Origin: Acidobacteriota bacterium
GTDB taxonomy: Bacteria > Acidobacteriota > UBA6911 > RPQK01 > JAJDTT01
Direction of reading: 5' to 3'
Assembly: GCA_965231825.1 (NCBI GenBank)
Contig: OZ246889.1
Location: 4,531,692-4,595,691 of the forward strand
DNA length: 64,000 bases
In this document: one piece after another, positions 48,390 through 56,595 of the stretch
Layout of the letters: each line of letters starts with the position of its first letter
Position numbering within the stretch: the first letter of the stretch is position 1
Notes under the pieces: model-generated
Seen by the model: only the letters and a program-made list of their open reading frames with translations
The model's database searches: none
Told to the model about the DNA's origin: nothing
Program-made: the position numbers and the translations under genes

Positions 48390-50287
48390 ACCGCCCGTTC
48401 GGGATGAAGGTCCCCATCGACCGCCGTCACTTTCTGAAGACGAGTTCCGCGCTGGCCGCCGTATGGAGCGCCTGCGCACCCGCCAGGCAAGCTGTGGACC
48501 CGGCCGCCCGGGAATGGCAGCACTATGGCGGAGACGCCGGCGCCGGCCGCTACTCGCCCCTCGACCAGATCAACCGGACCAACGTCTCCGAGCTGAAGGT
48601 GGCCTGGACCTACCGGACCGGGGACGCCCTCCAGCGTCCGTCCACCACCATCGAGTGCACACCCATCGTGGTGGACGGCCGCATGTACGTCTCCACCGCC
48701 ACACTTCAGGTGCACGCGCTGGATGCGGCCACAGGCCGGAAACTCTGGAGCTTCGACCCCCACGGCGGGAAGCCGCTGCGGGGTTCCCCCGGGGTCAACC
48801 GGGGAGTCACCTACTGGCAGAACCCGGACCGGGCCGACGACCGCCGTATCTTCATGCCGGTCAGGGACATGCTCTATTCCATCGACGCCGGGACCGGGAA
48901 GCTGACTCCCGGATTCGGCCAGGACGGAGTCATCGACCTGAAGGAAGACTTCGACCACGAAATGACCGGACTCTCCTTCAACTTGACCAGTCCGGTGGTG
49001 GCGTACCAGGGCCTGATCATTGTGGGAGGCGGCGGCGCGGAGGGACCCTATCCGGAGGCGCCGGGCCACATCCGCGGCTACGACGCCGCCACCGGCGAGC
49101 GGCGCTGGATCTTCCACACCACCCCTCGTCCCGGCCAGTTCGGAAACGACACCTGGGAGGGTGACTCGTGGAAGACCACGGGCGGGACCAACAACTGGGG
49201 CGGCATGAGCCTGGATCCGGCACGGGGCTGGGTCTTCGCCTCCATCGGCTCGCCCGCCTTCGACTTCTACGGGGGCAACCGCAAGGGGGCCAATCTCTTC
49301 GGCAACTGCGTCCTGGCGCTGGACGCCTCCACCGGGGAGCGGAAATGGCACTTCCAGACCGTCCACCACGACGTTTGGGACTACGACCTTCCGTGCCAGC
49401 CGGCCCTGATCAACATGACCCAGGGCGGAAGGACCTTCGAGGCGGTGGTCCAGCCCACCAAGATGGGGATGGTCTTCTTCTTCGATCGGGAGACGGGCAA
49501 ACCGGTCTTCCCTGTGGAAGAGCGGCCCATGCCCGCCTCGGACGTTCCGGGCGAGGAGCTGTGGCCGACCCAGCCCTTCCCCGTGAAGCCCCCGCCCCTG
49601 AGCCGGCAGGGGTTCATGCCGGACCAGATCACCGACATCTCTCCCGAAGCCCACGCCCACGTCAAGGAGATCTACGACCGCTCCCGCGTCGGGGCCCTCT
49701 ACACTCCGCCCAGCCTCCAGGGGACCATCATCCATCCCGGTTTCCGGGGCGGCGCCCTCTGGGGAGGATGCAGCCACGACCCGGCGGCCAACCGGCTCTT
49801 CGTCAACACCAGCGAATGGACCAACCGCATCACGCTGGCGCCGGCCAAGGAGGATCAGCCCTTCGACTACGCCCTTCCGGAACGCGCCCTGTTGCAGGAC
49901 CCGGAGAAATACCCGGCCATCAAGCCCCCGTGGGGCTACCTGACGGCCATCGATCTGGACTCGGGGGATTTCGCCTGGCGGGTGGTGGCGGGAGAGATTC
50001 CGGAGCTGGAGGCGCGTGGAATCACCGGGACGGGGAGCCCCATGCACGGTGGGACCATCGCCACGGCCGGAGGCCTGATCTTCGTGGGTGGATCCTTCGA
50101 CAAGAAGTTCCGGGCCTACGATTCCGGCAACGGGCGGGTGGTCTGGGAGCATCAATTGAACGCCGGCGGCTTCGCCACACCGTCCACCTACGAGGCGGAG
50201 GGCCGGCAGTATGTGGTCATTGCCGCCGGGGGCGGCCAGGCCGCTTCCAATTCGGGCGATGAATTCGTGGCCTTCGCGCTGGCTTGA
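48386..50287 (+). CDS. PQQ-dependent dehydrogenase (glucose/quinate-type 8-bladed propeller), Tat-exported
   Basis: Start at ATG 48386 with Tat-like DRRHFLKTSSALAAV. YSPLDQINRTNVSELKVAWTY and the repeated W-docking motifs are typical of PQQ quinoproteins. Confidence 0.85.
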   Translation: MNRPFGMKVPIDRRHFLKTSSALAAVWSACAPARQAVDPAAREWQHYGGDAGAGRYSPLDQINRTNVSELKVAWTYRTGDALQRPSTTIECTPIVVDGRMYVSTATLQVHALDAATGRKLWSFDPHGGKPLRGSPGVNRGVTYWQNPDRADDRRIFMPVRDMLYSIDAGTGKLTPGFGQDGVIDLKEDFDHEMTGLSFNLTSPVVAYQGLIIVGGGGAEGPYPEAPGHIRGYDAATGERRWIFHTTPRPGQFGNDTWEGDSWKTTGGTNNWGGMSLDPARGWVFASIGSPAFDFYGGNRKGANLFGNCVLALDASTGERKWHFQTVHHDVWDYDLPCQPALINMTQGGRTFEAVVQPTKMGMVFFFDRETGKPVFPVEERPMPASDVPGEELWPTQPFPVKPPPLSRQGFMPDQITDISPEAHAHVKEIYDRSRVGALYTPPSLQGTIIHPGFRGGALWGGCSHDPAANRLFVNTSEWTNRITLAPAKEDQPFDYALPERALLQDPEKYPAIKPPWGYLTAIDLDSGDFAWRVVAGEIPELEARGITGTGSPMHGGTIATAGGLIFVGGSFDKKFRAYDSGNGRVVWEHQLNAGGFATPSTYEAEGRQYVVIAAGGGQAASNSGDEFVAFALA

Positions 50288-50798
50288 GCCGGGTTCCCGG
50301 GGCCGGCGCCTGGGAGCCGCGGCGCTGGTTCTGGTCCTGGGCGCCCTGTCCGGGGCGGCCCGCTCGGAGGACAAGGCGCCGGAGCCTCAGCCCATCCCCT
50401 TCAGCCACAAGGTCCATGCGGCCGCGGGCTTGAAGTGTGCCTTCTGTCACCCCATCGAGGAACCGGGGTTCTCGGCGGGACTGCCCGCCGAGTCCAAGTG
50501 CATGGTCTGCCACACCGCCGTCAAGAGCGACAGTCCGGACATCCTGAAGCTGGCTAAAGCCGCCAAAGCGGGCGAGACGATCCCCTGGGTGCGGATCTAC
50601 CGGGTGCCCGACTACGTCTGGTTCTCACACGCCTTGCACGCCGTGGACGCCGAGATCGAATGCGCCGCCTGTCACGGCCCGGTGGCGACGCGGGAGGTGT
50701 TGGTGCAGGAGAAGCCGACATCGATGGAATTCTGCATGGACTGCCACGCGGCCCAAAAGGCCTCCAACGGCTGCGAAGTTTGTCACCTGCGGCAGTAG
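50259..50798 (+). CDS. pentaheme c-type cytochrome
   Basis: In-frame ATG 50259 gives signal MNSWPSRWLEPGSRGRRLGAAALVLVLGALSGAARS and overlaps the upstream gene by 29 nt. Five CxxCH motifs: CAFCH, CMVCH, CAACH, CMDCH, CEVCH. Confidence 0.75.
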   Translation: MNSWPSRWLEPGSRGRRLGAAALVLVLGALSGAARSEDKAPEPQPIPFSHKVHAAAGLKCAFCHPIEEPGFSAGLPAESKCMVCHTAVKSDSPDILKLAKAAKAGETIPWVRIYRVPDYVWFSHALHAVDAEIECAACHGPVATREVLVQEKPTSMEFCMDCHAAQKASNGCEVCHLRQ

Positions 50799-50874
50799 GG
50801 GCACCCTTGTGGGTGCCCTCTTCCGTCCCACCTGCCGTCGCGCTGCCGGAGGGCGACCACAAGGTCGCCCCTAC
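50795..50874. repeat. REPIN-like inverted doublet of GTAG-initiated hairpins
   Basis: GTAGGGGCACCC-TTGT-GGGTGCCCTC (50795-50820) matches the reverse complement of GAGGGCGACC-ACAA-GGTCGCCCCTAC (50849-50874). The two differ only by two compensated base pairs. A 28-nt spacer separates them. Confidence 0.8.
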
Positions 50875-50964
50875 GATGCGAAGGCCCGATGTCGGGCAGC
50901 TTGGCATTGGGGCCAGGTCGCCCGTACTTTCACCGTCCACCGCAGAATGGCAATATACGGAACC

Positions 50965-52815
50965 ATGAAATCCAGCATACGATGCAAATACACTTTTCTC
51001 CTGCTCCCGCTTTTATTGGCCGCGGCCTGCGTCCCGGCGCCCGATCCTTCGGCCGACAACGACTGGCGTCACTACGGCAAGGACCCCGGCGGGACCAGAT
51101 ATTCCGCCCTGGCGCAGATCAACCGGACCAACGTCCAGGAACTGGAGGTGGCCTGGATCTACCGCATGGGGGAGGTGAAGCGCCCGCATCGGACCATCCC
51201 CGACCGGATGCAGGCTCCGTGGGAGACCACGCCTCTGGTGGTCGATGGAGTCCTCTACCTGTCCACCCCTTCCAACCGGGTGATCGCCCTGGAGGCGGAG
51301 ACGGGCCGGGAACTCTGGGAGTTCGACACGCAGGAAGGCAGCGGCGACGACCGTTATTACCTCCAGCACCGGGGGGTCTCGTACTGGGAGGGAACCGTCG
51401 ACGGACAACCCCAGCGGCGGATCCTCATGGGGACGGGAGACGCCAGGCTGTTCGCGCTGGACGCAGAGACGGGGCAGTTGATCCCCGAGTTCGGCGAGGA
51501 GGGGTGGGTGGACCTGGACGGGGGCATGACCACGCGCTGGCCCAAGAGCATCTACACGGTCACGTCCCCGGTGGCCGTCTACAAGAACGTGGTGGTCACG
51601 GGCTCCCGGCTCAGCTCCGGCCAGGAGGACAAGGGTCCCAGCGGCAAGGTCCGGGCCTGGGACGTCCTCACGGGCGATCTGGTCTGGGAGTTCCACACCG
51701 TTCCCCGGCCCGGCGAACCGGGAAACGAGACCTGGGAAGGAGACTCCTGGAAGGACCGTTCCGGAGCCAACGCCTGGTCCATCATCAGCGTGGACACGGA
51801 GCGGGGCTGGGTCTTCGTCCCCACGGCGTCGCCCCTGGGGCCCGACCGTGACGGTCAGAACCTGTACGGAAACACCCTGCTGGTGCTGGACGCCCTCACC
51901 GGAAAACTCGTCTGGCACTACCAGGCGGTCCGCCATGACACATGGGACTACGATCTCCCGGCCCAGCCGGTGCTGGTGACCCTGGAACAGGACGGTCGCG
52001 TGGTCCCGGCGGTGGCGCAGCCCACCAAGATGGGGATGGTCTTCGTTCTGGATCGGGAGACCGGCGTGCCCGTGCTCCCGGTGGAAGAGCGCCCGGTGCC
52101 CCAGACCGGGGGCGGTTACAACTGGCCCACCCAGCCCATCACCGTCAAGCCGCCGCCCCTGGTTCGGCACAACCTGACCCGGGACGAGGTGAGCCGGGTG
52201 ACCCCCGAATCCTACGAATTCTGCCTGGAGCTCTTCGACTCGCTCCACTACGAGGGGATCTACACGCCTCGGCAAGAGGGGCCGACCCTCATGCTGCCCG
52301 GATCCCTGGGCGGAGCCAACTGGTCGGGAGCCTCGTTCGATCCCACGACCGGGATCCTCTACGTGAACGTCACCGAGTTGGGGAACGCGCGCGGCGCGGG
52401 CCGCCGCTTCTGGCAGGACAACAAGTGGCCCTGCCAGGCGCCCCCCTGGGGGACTCTCAACGCCGTGGATCTGAACCGGGGCGAGATCGTCTGGAAGAGC
52501 ACCCTCGGCGTGGTGGACGAGCTGATGGAGAAGGGGGTCCCGCAGACGGGGACCCCGAACCTGGGCGGATCCATCGTCACGGCCGGCGGGTTGGTCTTTA
52601 TCGGGGGCACTAACGATCAGCGGTTCCGGGCGTTCGATTCGGCCTCCGGAGAGGAGCTCTGGGTCGATCTCCTGGAGGCCAACGCCCACGCCACTCCCAT
52701 GACCTTCTGGGGTGAGAAGACGGGCAAGCAGTACGTGGTGATCGCCGCGGGTGGGGGCAACGTGTTCAGCAACGTCACGTCCGACGGGTTGGTGGCGTAC
52801 GCGTTGCCGGATTGA
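50965..52815 (+). CDS. PQQ-dependent dehydrogenase, lipoprotein paralogue
   Basis: Start at ATG 50965 (MKSSIRCKYTFLLLPLLLAAACVP; alternative ATG 50947). YSALAQINRTNVQELEVAWIY. The protein is collinear with 48386..50287. Confidence 0.85.
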   Translation: MKSSIRCKYTFLLLPLLLAAACVPAPDPSADNDWRHYGKDPGGTRYSALAQINRTNVQELEVAWIYRMGEVKRPHRTIPDRMQAPWETTPLVVDGVLYLSTPSNRVIALEAETGRELWEFDTQEGSGDDRYYLQHRGVSYWEGTVDGQPQRRILMGTGDARLFALDAETGQLIPEFGEEGWVDLDGGMTTRWPKSIYTVTSPVAVYKNVVVTGSRLSSGQEDKGPSGKVRAWDVLTGDLVWEFHTVPRPGEPGNETWEGDSWKDRSGANAWSIISVDTERGWVFVPTASPLGPDRDGQNLYGNTLLVLDALTGKLVWHYQAVRHDTWDYDLPAQPVLVTLEQDGRVVPAVAQPTKMGMVFVLDRETGVPVLPVEERPVPQTGGGYNWPTQPITVKPPPLVRHNLTRDEVSRVTPESYEFCLELFDSLHYEGIYTPRQEGPTLMLPGSLGGANWSGASFDPTTGILYVNVTELGNARGAGRRFWQDNKWPCQAPPWGTLNAVDLNRGEIVWKSTLGVVDELMEKGVPQTGTPNLGGSIVTAGGLVFIGGTNDQRFRAFDSASGEELWVDLLEANAHATPMTFWGEKTGKQYVVIAAGGGNVFSNVTSDGLVAYALPD

Positions 52816-52824
52816 ACGGATGGC

Positions 52825-53694
52825 TCAGCCGATGTCACTCTCATCCAATTGCTCGGAAGCGACGTTTTTCCAGATAAGGGCCAGATTGAATAGGTAGATG
52901 ATGGAGCGCGTGAGGCGTTCCGCGTCTGACATCTCAAACCGGCGGGCGTGCGCAATATGGTTTCTGTGGTCGTTCATTGTGCGAAGCACGTAGGACGCCT
53001 TCGGAACCGAACCCGTGGGCAGCAGGCCTTCCGCCTGCAGCCGGGAGACGTATTCCGGAAAACTGGATCTGGCCCGGCCTTCCACTCCCAGCATCTGGCT
53101 GATGTTCCTCCGGATTTCCTCATGAGTGCTCTCGACAAACTCCCGGGGATACATTATGGGTTCCATTTCCCTCATCCAGACCTTGAAGGAGGGATCTCCC
53201 GACACCTGAAACGCCAACTCCTTGAGCAACTTTTCCAGGTCCCGGAGATTCGTTCGCTCAGTGAGATCGACTTCACCGTCGCTTCCTGACTCAGAGGGCT
53301 CGAATGCCCCCTCGACCAGACGTTGCGTTTTCCGAGTCGACTTCTCGACGTTGTCCACGATGCTCAGAAGCGTCTTCACCCCTTCATCGAGGTTTTCCAA
53401 ACGTTTCCGCACCGTTGCTTTGCCGGGCTTCGCGGCGGCGGGCGCCGGAGGCGGGAGCCGTTTCGAGGCGGGTTCTCCGAGTTTGAAAATTGCGGCGTCG
53501 CGTCCGAATTCTTTCTTCAACGCGCGATAACACGCCATCGTCTTCGGATACACCCAACGGGTCCTTTTCGGATCCCAGCGGCGGCCGGGGATCCTTTTGG
53601 CTCGCTCCTTGTCACCGGGAGCGATCTTTACTTCATAGTCCTCTTTTGTCTCCGTGACTTCGATGGGAAAGAAGTTGCCTCTTGGAAATGGCAT
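52825..53694 (-). CDS. hypothetical protein: HARP-like N-terminal domain + coiled-coil linker + C-terminal HEPN-like (DUF4145-type, Rx4H) domain
   Basis: 289-aa ORF with visibly lower GC. The N-terminal FFPIEV...YEVKI....KRIPGRRWDPKRTRWVYP...Y..L resembles HARP / integrase-arm-type beta modules. The C-terminal LRTMNDHRNHIAHARRF carries R-N-H-I-A-H (52948-52965), an Rx4H HEPN-type motif. Confidence 0.5.
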   Translation of the reverse strand: MPFPRGNFFPIEVTETKEDYEVKIAPGDKERAKRIPGRRWDPKRTRWVYPKTMACYRALKKEFGRDAAIFKLGEPASKRLPPPAPAAAKPGKATVRKRLENLDEGVKTLLSIVDNVEKSTRKTQRLVEGAFEPSESGSDGEVDLTERTNLRDLEKLLKELAFQVSGDPSFKVWMREMEPIMYPREFVESTHEEIRRNISQMLGVEGRARSSFPEYVSRLQAEGLLPTGSVPKASYVLRTMNDHRNHIAHARRFEMSDAERLTRSIIYLFNLALIWKNVASEQLDESDIG

Positions 53695-53745
53695 TTTCAG
53701 TCAGACGGCCACGACGCCGATCCCGCGCATCGGCGGCGGATCGAT

Positions 53746-54573
53746 TCAGTAGACCTCGGGAACGAACCGCTGGATGCCCATGGGTGGACGAACGTAGCCG
53801 CCGTCCTCCTGGCGGGGCGGGAGCTCCATCTCGGGCGGGTCTTCCTGGTTGTAGTCGAACCGGCTCAGCAGGTGGGAGATGCAGTTGAGACGGGCCCGGC
53901 GCTTGTCGTCGGCGTTGACCACATACCAGGGTGCTTCGGGTGCGTCCGTCTTGTCGAACATGGCGTCCTTGGCCTTGGAGTACTCCACCCAGCGCAACCG
54001 GGACTCCAGATCCATGGGACTCAGCTTCCAGCGCTTGCGCGGATCCTTGATCCGGGCCTGGAAGCGGCGTTCCTGTTCCTCGTCGCTCACCGAGAACCAG
54101 TACTTGATGAGATGGACGTGAGAGCGGAGCAGCATCCGCTCGAACTGGGGGCAGGAGTAGAGGAATTCCCAGTACTCCTCTTCCGTGCAGAACCCCATGA
54201 CCCGTTCGACTCCGGCCCGGTTGTACCAGCTCCGGTCGAAGAGCACGATTTCGCCGGCGGCCGGGAGATGCGCCACGTAGCGCTGAAAATACCACTGGGT
54301 CCGCTCGCGTTCGGTCGGCTTGGCCAAGGCGGCCACGCGGACCTGGCGAGGGTTCAGCGTCTGGATAATCCGCTTGATGACGCCCCCCTTGCCGGCGGCG
54401 TCCCGTCCCTCGAAGAGGACCACGACCTTGAGGCCCTCCCGGGCCACCCAGTCCTGGAGCTTGGTCAACTCCACTTGCAGCCGCCGGAGCTCCGCTTCGT
54501 AGTACTTCCGCTTCAGACGCGGGGAACCCTTTTCCAATCCGCCGCCGGCGGTCGAGTCGGCCTGGTCGTTCAT
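53746..54573 (-). CDS. ppk2: polyphosphate kinase 2
   Basis: The ORF-track start 54585 is TTG. ATG 54573 (MNDQAD) with GGAGGAGAGG upstream is preferred. Walker A FEGRDAAGKGG, plus DRSWYNR and KRWKLSPMD, are PPK2 signatures. Confidence 0.9.
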   Translation of the reverse strand: MNDQADSTAGGGLEKGSPRLKRKYYEAELRRLQVELTKLQDWVAREGLKVVVLFEGRDAAGKGGVIKRIIQTLNPRQVRVAALAKPTERERTQWYFQRYVAHLPAAGEIVLFDRSWYNRAGVERVMGFCTEEEYWEFLYSCPQFERMLLRSHVHLIKYWFSVSDEEQERRFQARIKDPRKRWKLSPMDLESRLRWVEYSKAKDAMFDKTDAPEAPWYVVNADDKRRARLNCISHLLSRFDYNQEDPPEMELPPRQEDGGYVRPPMGIQRFVPEVY

Positions 54574-54600
54574 CCTCTCCTCCAAAACGAAAATACCAGT

Positions 54601-56373
54601 TCAGCCCCTCCGTTTGAACCAGGGCAGCCAGCCCAGAATCAGAGTCGACAGGAGCGTAACGAAGAAGGAGACCGGCAGCGGCCACATCCAGGAAACGGCC
54701 TTGAGCCGAACCAGCAGGCGGCGCGACCCCAGGGTGACCACGTCATCGGGGGCGATCACGGCGGGTGAACCGGGACGGTCGTTGACGCGGATCTCGGCAT
54801 CTTCGGTCAGACCCCGAATCGACCAGCCCTCAGGCGTCTTCTCCACGCCGGCATGCCGGGCGGACACCCCTTCTCCGGTCAGGACAAAGCGGTTGTCCTC
54901 GGGATTGGAGCCGATGGTGTTGGGCGTCTCGGGCAGAGGTTCCCACCGCGTCGGCTCCTGCCCCTCCTCCAGGACGTAGAGGAAGATGTCGGGATGGTCC
55001 TGGAACCAGTGCCCCAGGGACAGGTAGAACCCGGTCGCCAATCCAAGGAAGGCCGCCAGCACCATGGCGGCGGCGCTGGCCCGGAATCTGAGGAAGGCGG
55101 CCACGAACATCCCTCCCAGGGTCCCGATGACGTAGGCGATGATCCGGGTCGTGAGATCGAAGATGTTGCCCCGGGAGCCTTCGGGGATAGTGTTCAGGAA
55201 GAGGCAGAAGAGAACGGCGTAGATTCCGGCTGCCAAGGTAAAGAGCCGGGCCAGCCGGAGCTGGGATCTCTGAGAGAGCGGATCTTTTCGGAAGCGTCCC
55301 ACGAAGTCGACGGTCAGGACGGTGGCGACACCGTGCATGCTGGAATCCAGCGCGGCCATGGCGGTGGAGAAGAGAGCGGCCACCACCAGGCCGGCCAGGC
55401 CTCGGGGCAAGGTATGGGCGATGAAGTGGGGGAAGACCTCGTCTGGCGTCCCCGGCAACTGGGCCTTGTAGTAGGAGTAGAGGGCGATCCCGCCCAGCCC
55501 CAGCAGGATGCCGACGCTCACGTCGGCGGCCTGGTTGGCCAGGATGGAACGCCGGGCCGCGCGGAGCGACCCCGTGGCCAGGTAACGCTGCACCATGAGC
55601 TGGTCCGAGCCGCAGGTGGAGACCCACCAGACGAAGGCGTAGATGGCCATCCCGAGCACGCTGACCCGGACGTAGGGGTCCAGGCGGAAGAAAGGCTGGG
55701 GCTCATGGTCCGCCGCCAGGATGTCCTGGAGCCAGGTGATGGGGCCGGTCCCGGTGTCGAAGAAGATGTACCCGATGGTAAAGAGCAGGCCGCCGAAGAG
55801 AATGATGAACTGAACCAGGTCGGTCCACATGACCGCCCGCATGCCGCCCAGGACCGTGTAGACGACGGCGATGACGCCGACCCCTAGCACCACCCAGGTG
55901 AAGGGCAGGTCGGCCATCTTGGACATGGCAATGGCGGCAGTGTAGACGATCATCCCCATCATGGAGAGGCGGATCAGCAGGAACAGGGTCGACCCGAACA
56001 TCCGCGCGCCGAGACCGTATTGTTCTTCCAGGTACTCGTAGGCGCTGGTGAGGCGCTTGCGCATGAAGAAGGGGACGAGGATCAGGACGGCCACCGCCAC
56101 GCTGAAGGGGACGTGCATCTGCCGGCCCCAGACCCCGATGCCGTTCTTGATGAACTCGCCGGGTTCCGAGAGATAGGCGATGGTGGAGAGCAGCGAGGCG
56201 TACATGCTCAGCCCGACCACGAACCAGGGCATCTTCCGCCCGGCCAGGAAGTACTCGTCGGCCGATTTCTGCCGCTTGCTGAAGTAGTAGCCCAGGAGCA
56301 GGACGCAGGCGAAGTAGACGGCGACCACCACGTAGTCGACGGTCTGGAGGCCGTCGTAGCGGTCGATGCGCAC
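54601..56373 (-). CDS. sodium:solute symporter (SSS family) with an FHA domain inserted before the last TM helix
   Basis: The ORF-track start (56637) runs through hairpin repeats. A likely GTG start at 56373 gives VRIDRYDGLQTVDYVVVAVYF (uncertain). SSS motif ADEYFLAGRKMPWF. The FHA-like segment is TIGSNPEDNRFVLTGEGVSARHAGVEKTPEGWSIRGLTEDAEIRVNDRP...DDVVTLGSRRLLV (54709-54918), followed by a final TM. Confidence 0.8.
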   Translation of the reverse strand: MRIDRYDGLQTVDYVVVAVYFACVLLLGYYFSKRQKSADEYFLAGRKMPWFVVGLSMYASLLSTIAYLSEPGEFIKNGIGVWGRQMHVPFSVAVAVLILVPFFMRKRLTSAYEYLEEQYGLGARMFGSTLFLLIRLSMMGMIVYTAAIAMSKMADLPFTWVVLGVGVIAVVYTVLGGMRAVMWTDLVQFIILFGGLLFTIGYIFFDTGTGPITWLQDILAADHEPQPFFRLDPYVRVSVLGMAIYAFVWWVSTCGSDQLMVQRYLATGSLRAARRSILANQAADVSVGILLGLGGIALYSYYKAQLPGTPDEVFPHFIAHTLPRGLAGLVVAALFSTAMAALDSSMHGVATVLTVDFVGRFRKDPLSQRSQLRLARLFTLAAGIYAVLFCLFLNTIPEGSRGNIFDLTTRIIAYVIGTLGGMFVAAFLRFRASAAAMVLAAFLGLATGFYLSLGHWFQDHPDIFLYVLEEGQEPTRWEPLPETPNTIGSNPEDNRFVLTGEGVSARHAGVEKTPEGWSIRGLTEDAEIRVNDRPGSPAVIAPDDVVTLGSRRLLVRLKAVSWMWPLPVSFFVTLLSTLILGWLPWFKRRG

Positions 56374-56539
56374 TGGGGTCGTGGCCAGGGTCAGAAGGGG
56401 TTGAATCGGACTCTCCTCGTAGCGGAAAACGGCCGAGGCGGACGTTGCGGCGGGTGAACGATCCCCGCCGGGTCGCCTCGACTCGGGGCAGAGGTTACGC
56501 GGGCACCACGCCGTTCGCAAGTCCGGTAGGAGGGGGGAT

Positions 56540-56595
56540 GGGAGGCGACTTTCTTGTCGCCTGTTGGGAGAGGCGGCTTTCTTGCCGCCTGCTGG
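56540..56595. repeat. REP-like hairpin pair
   Basis: GGCGAC-TTTCTT-GTCGCC (56544-56561) and GGCGGC-TTTCTT-GCCGCC (56572-56589). These are the reverse complement of the AAGAAA-loop hairpins at 34291-34349. Confidence 0.75.
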
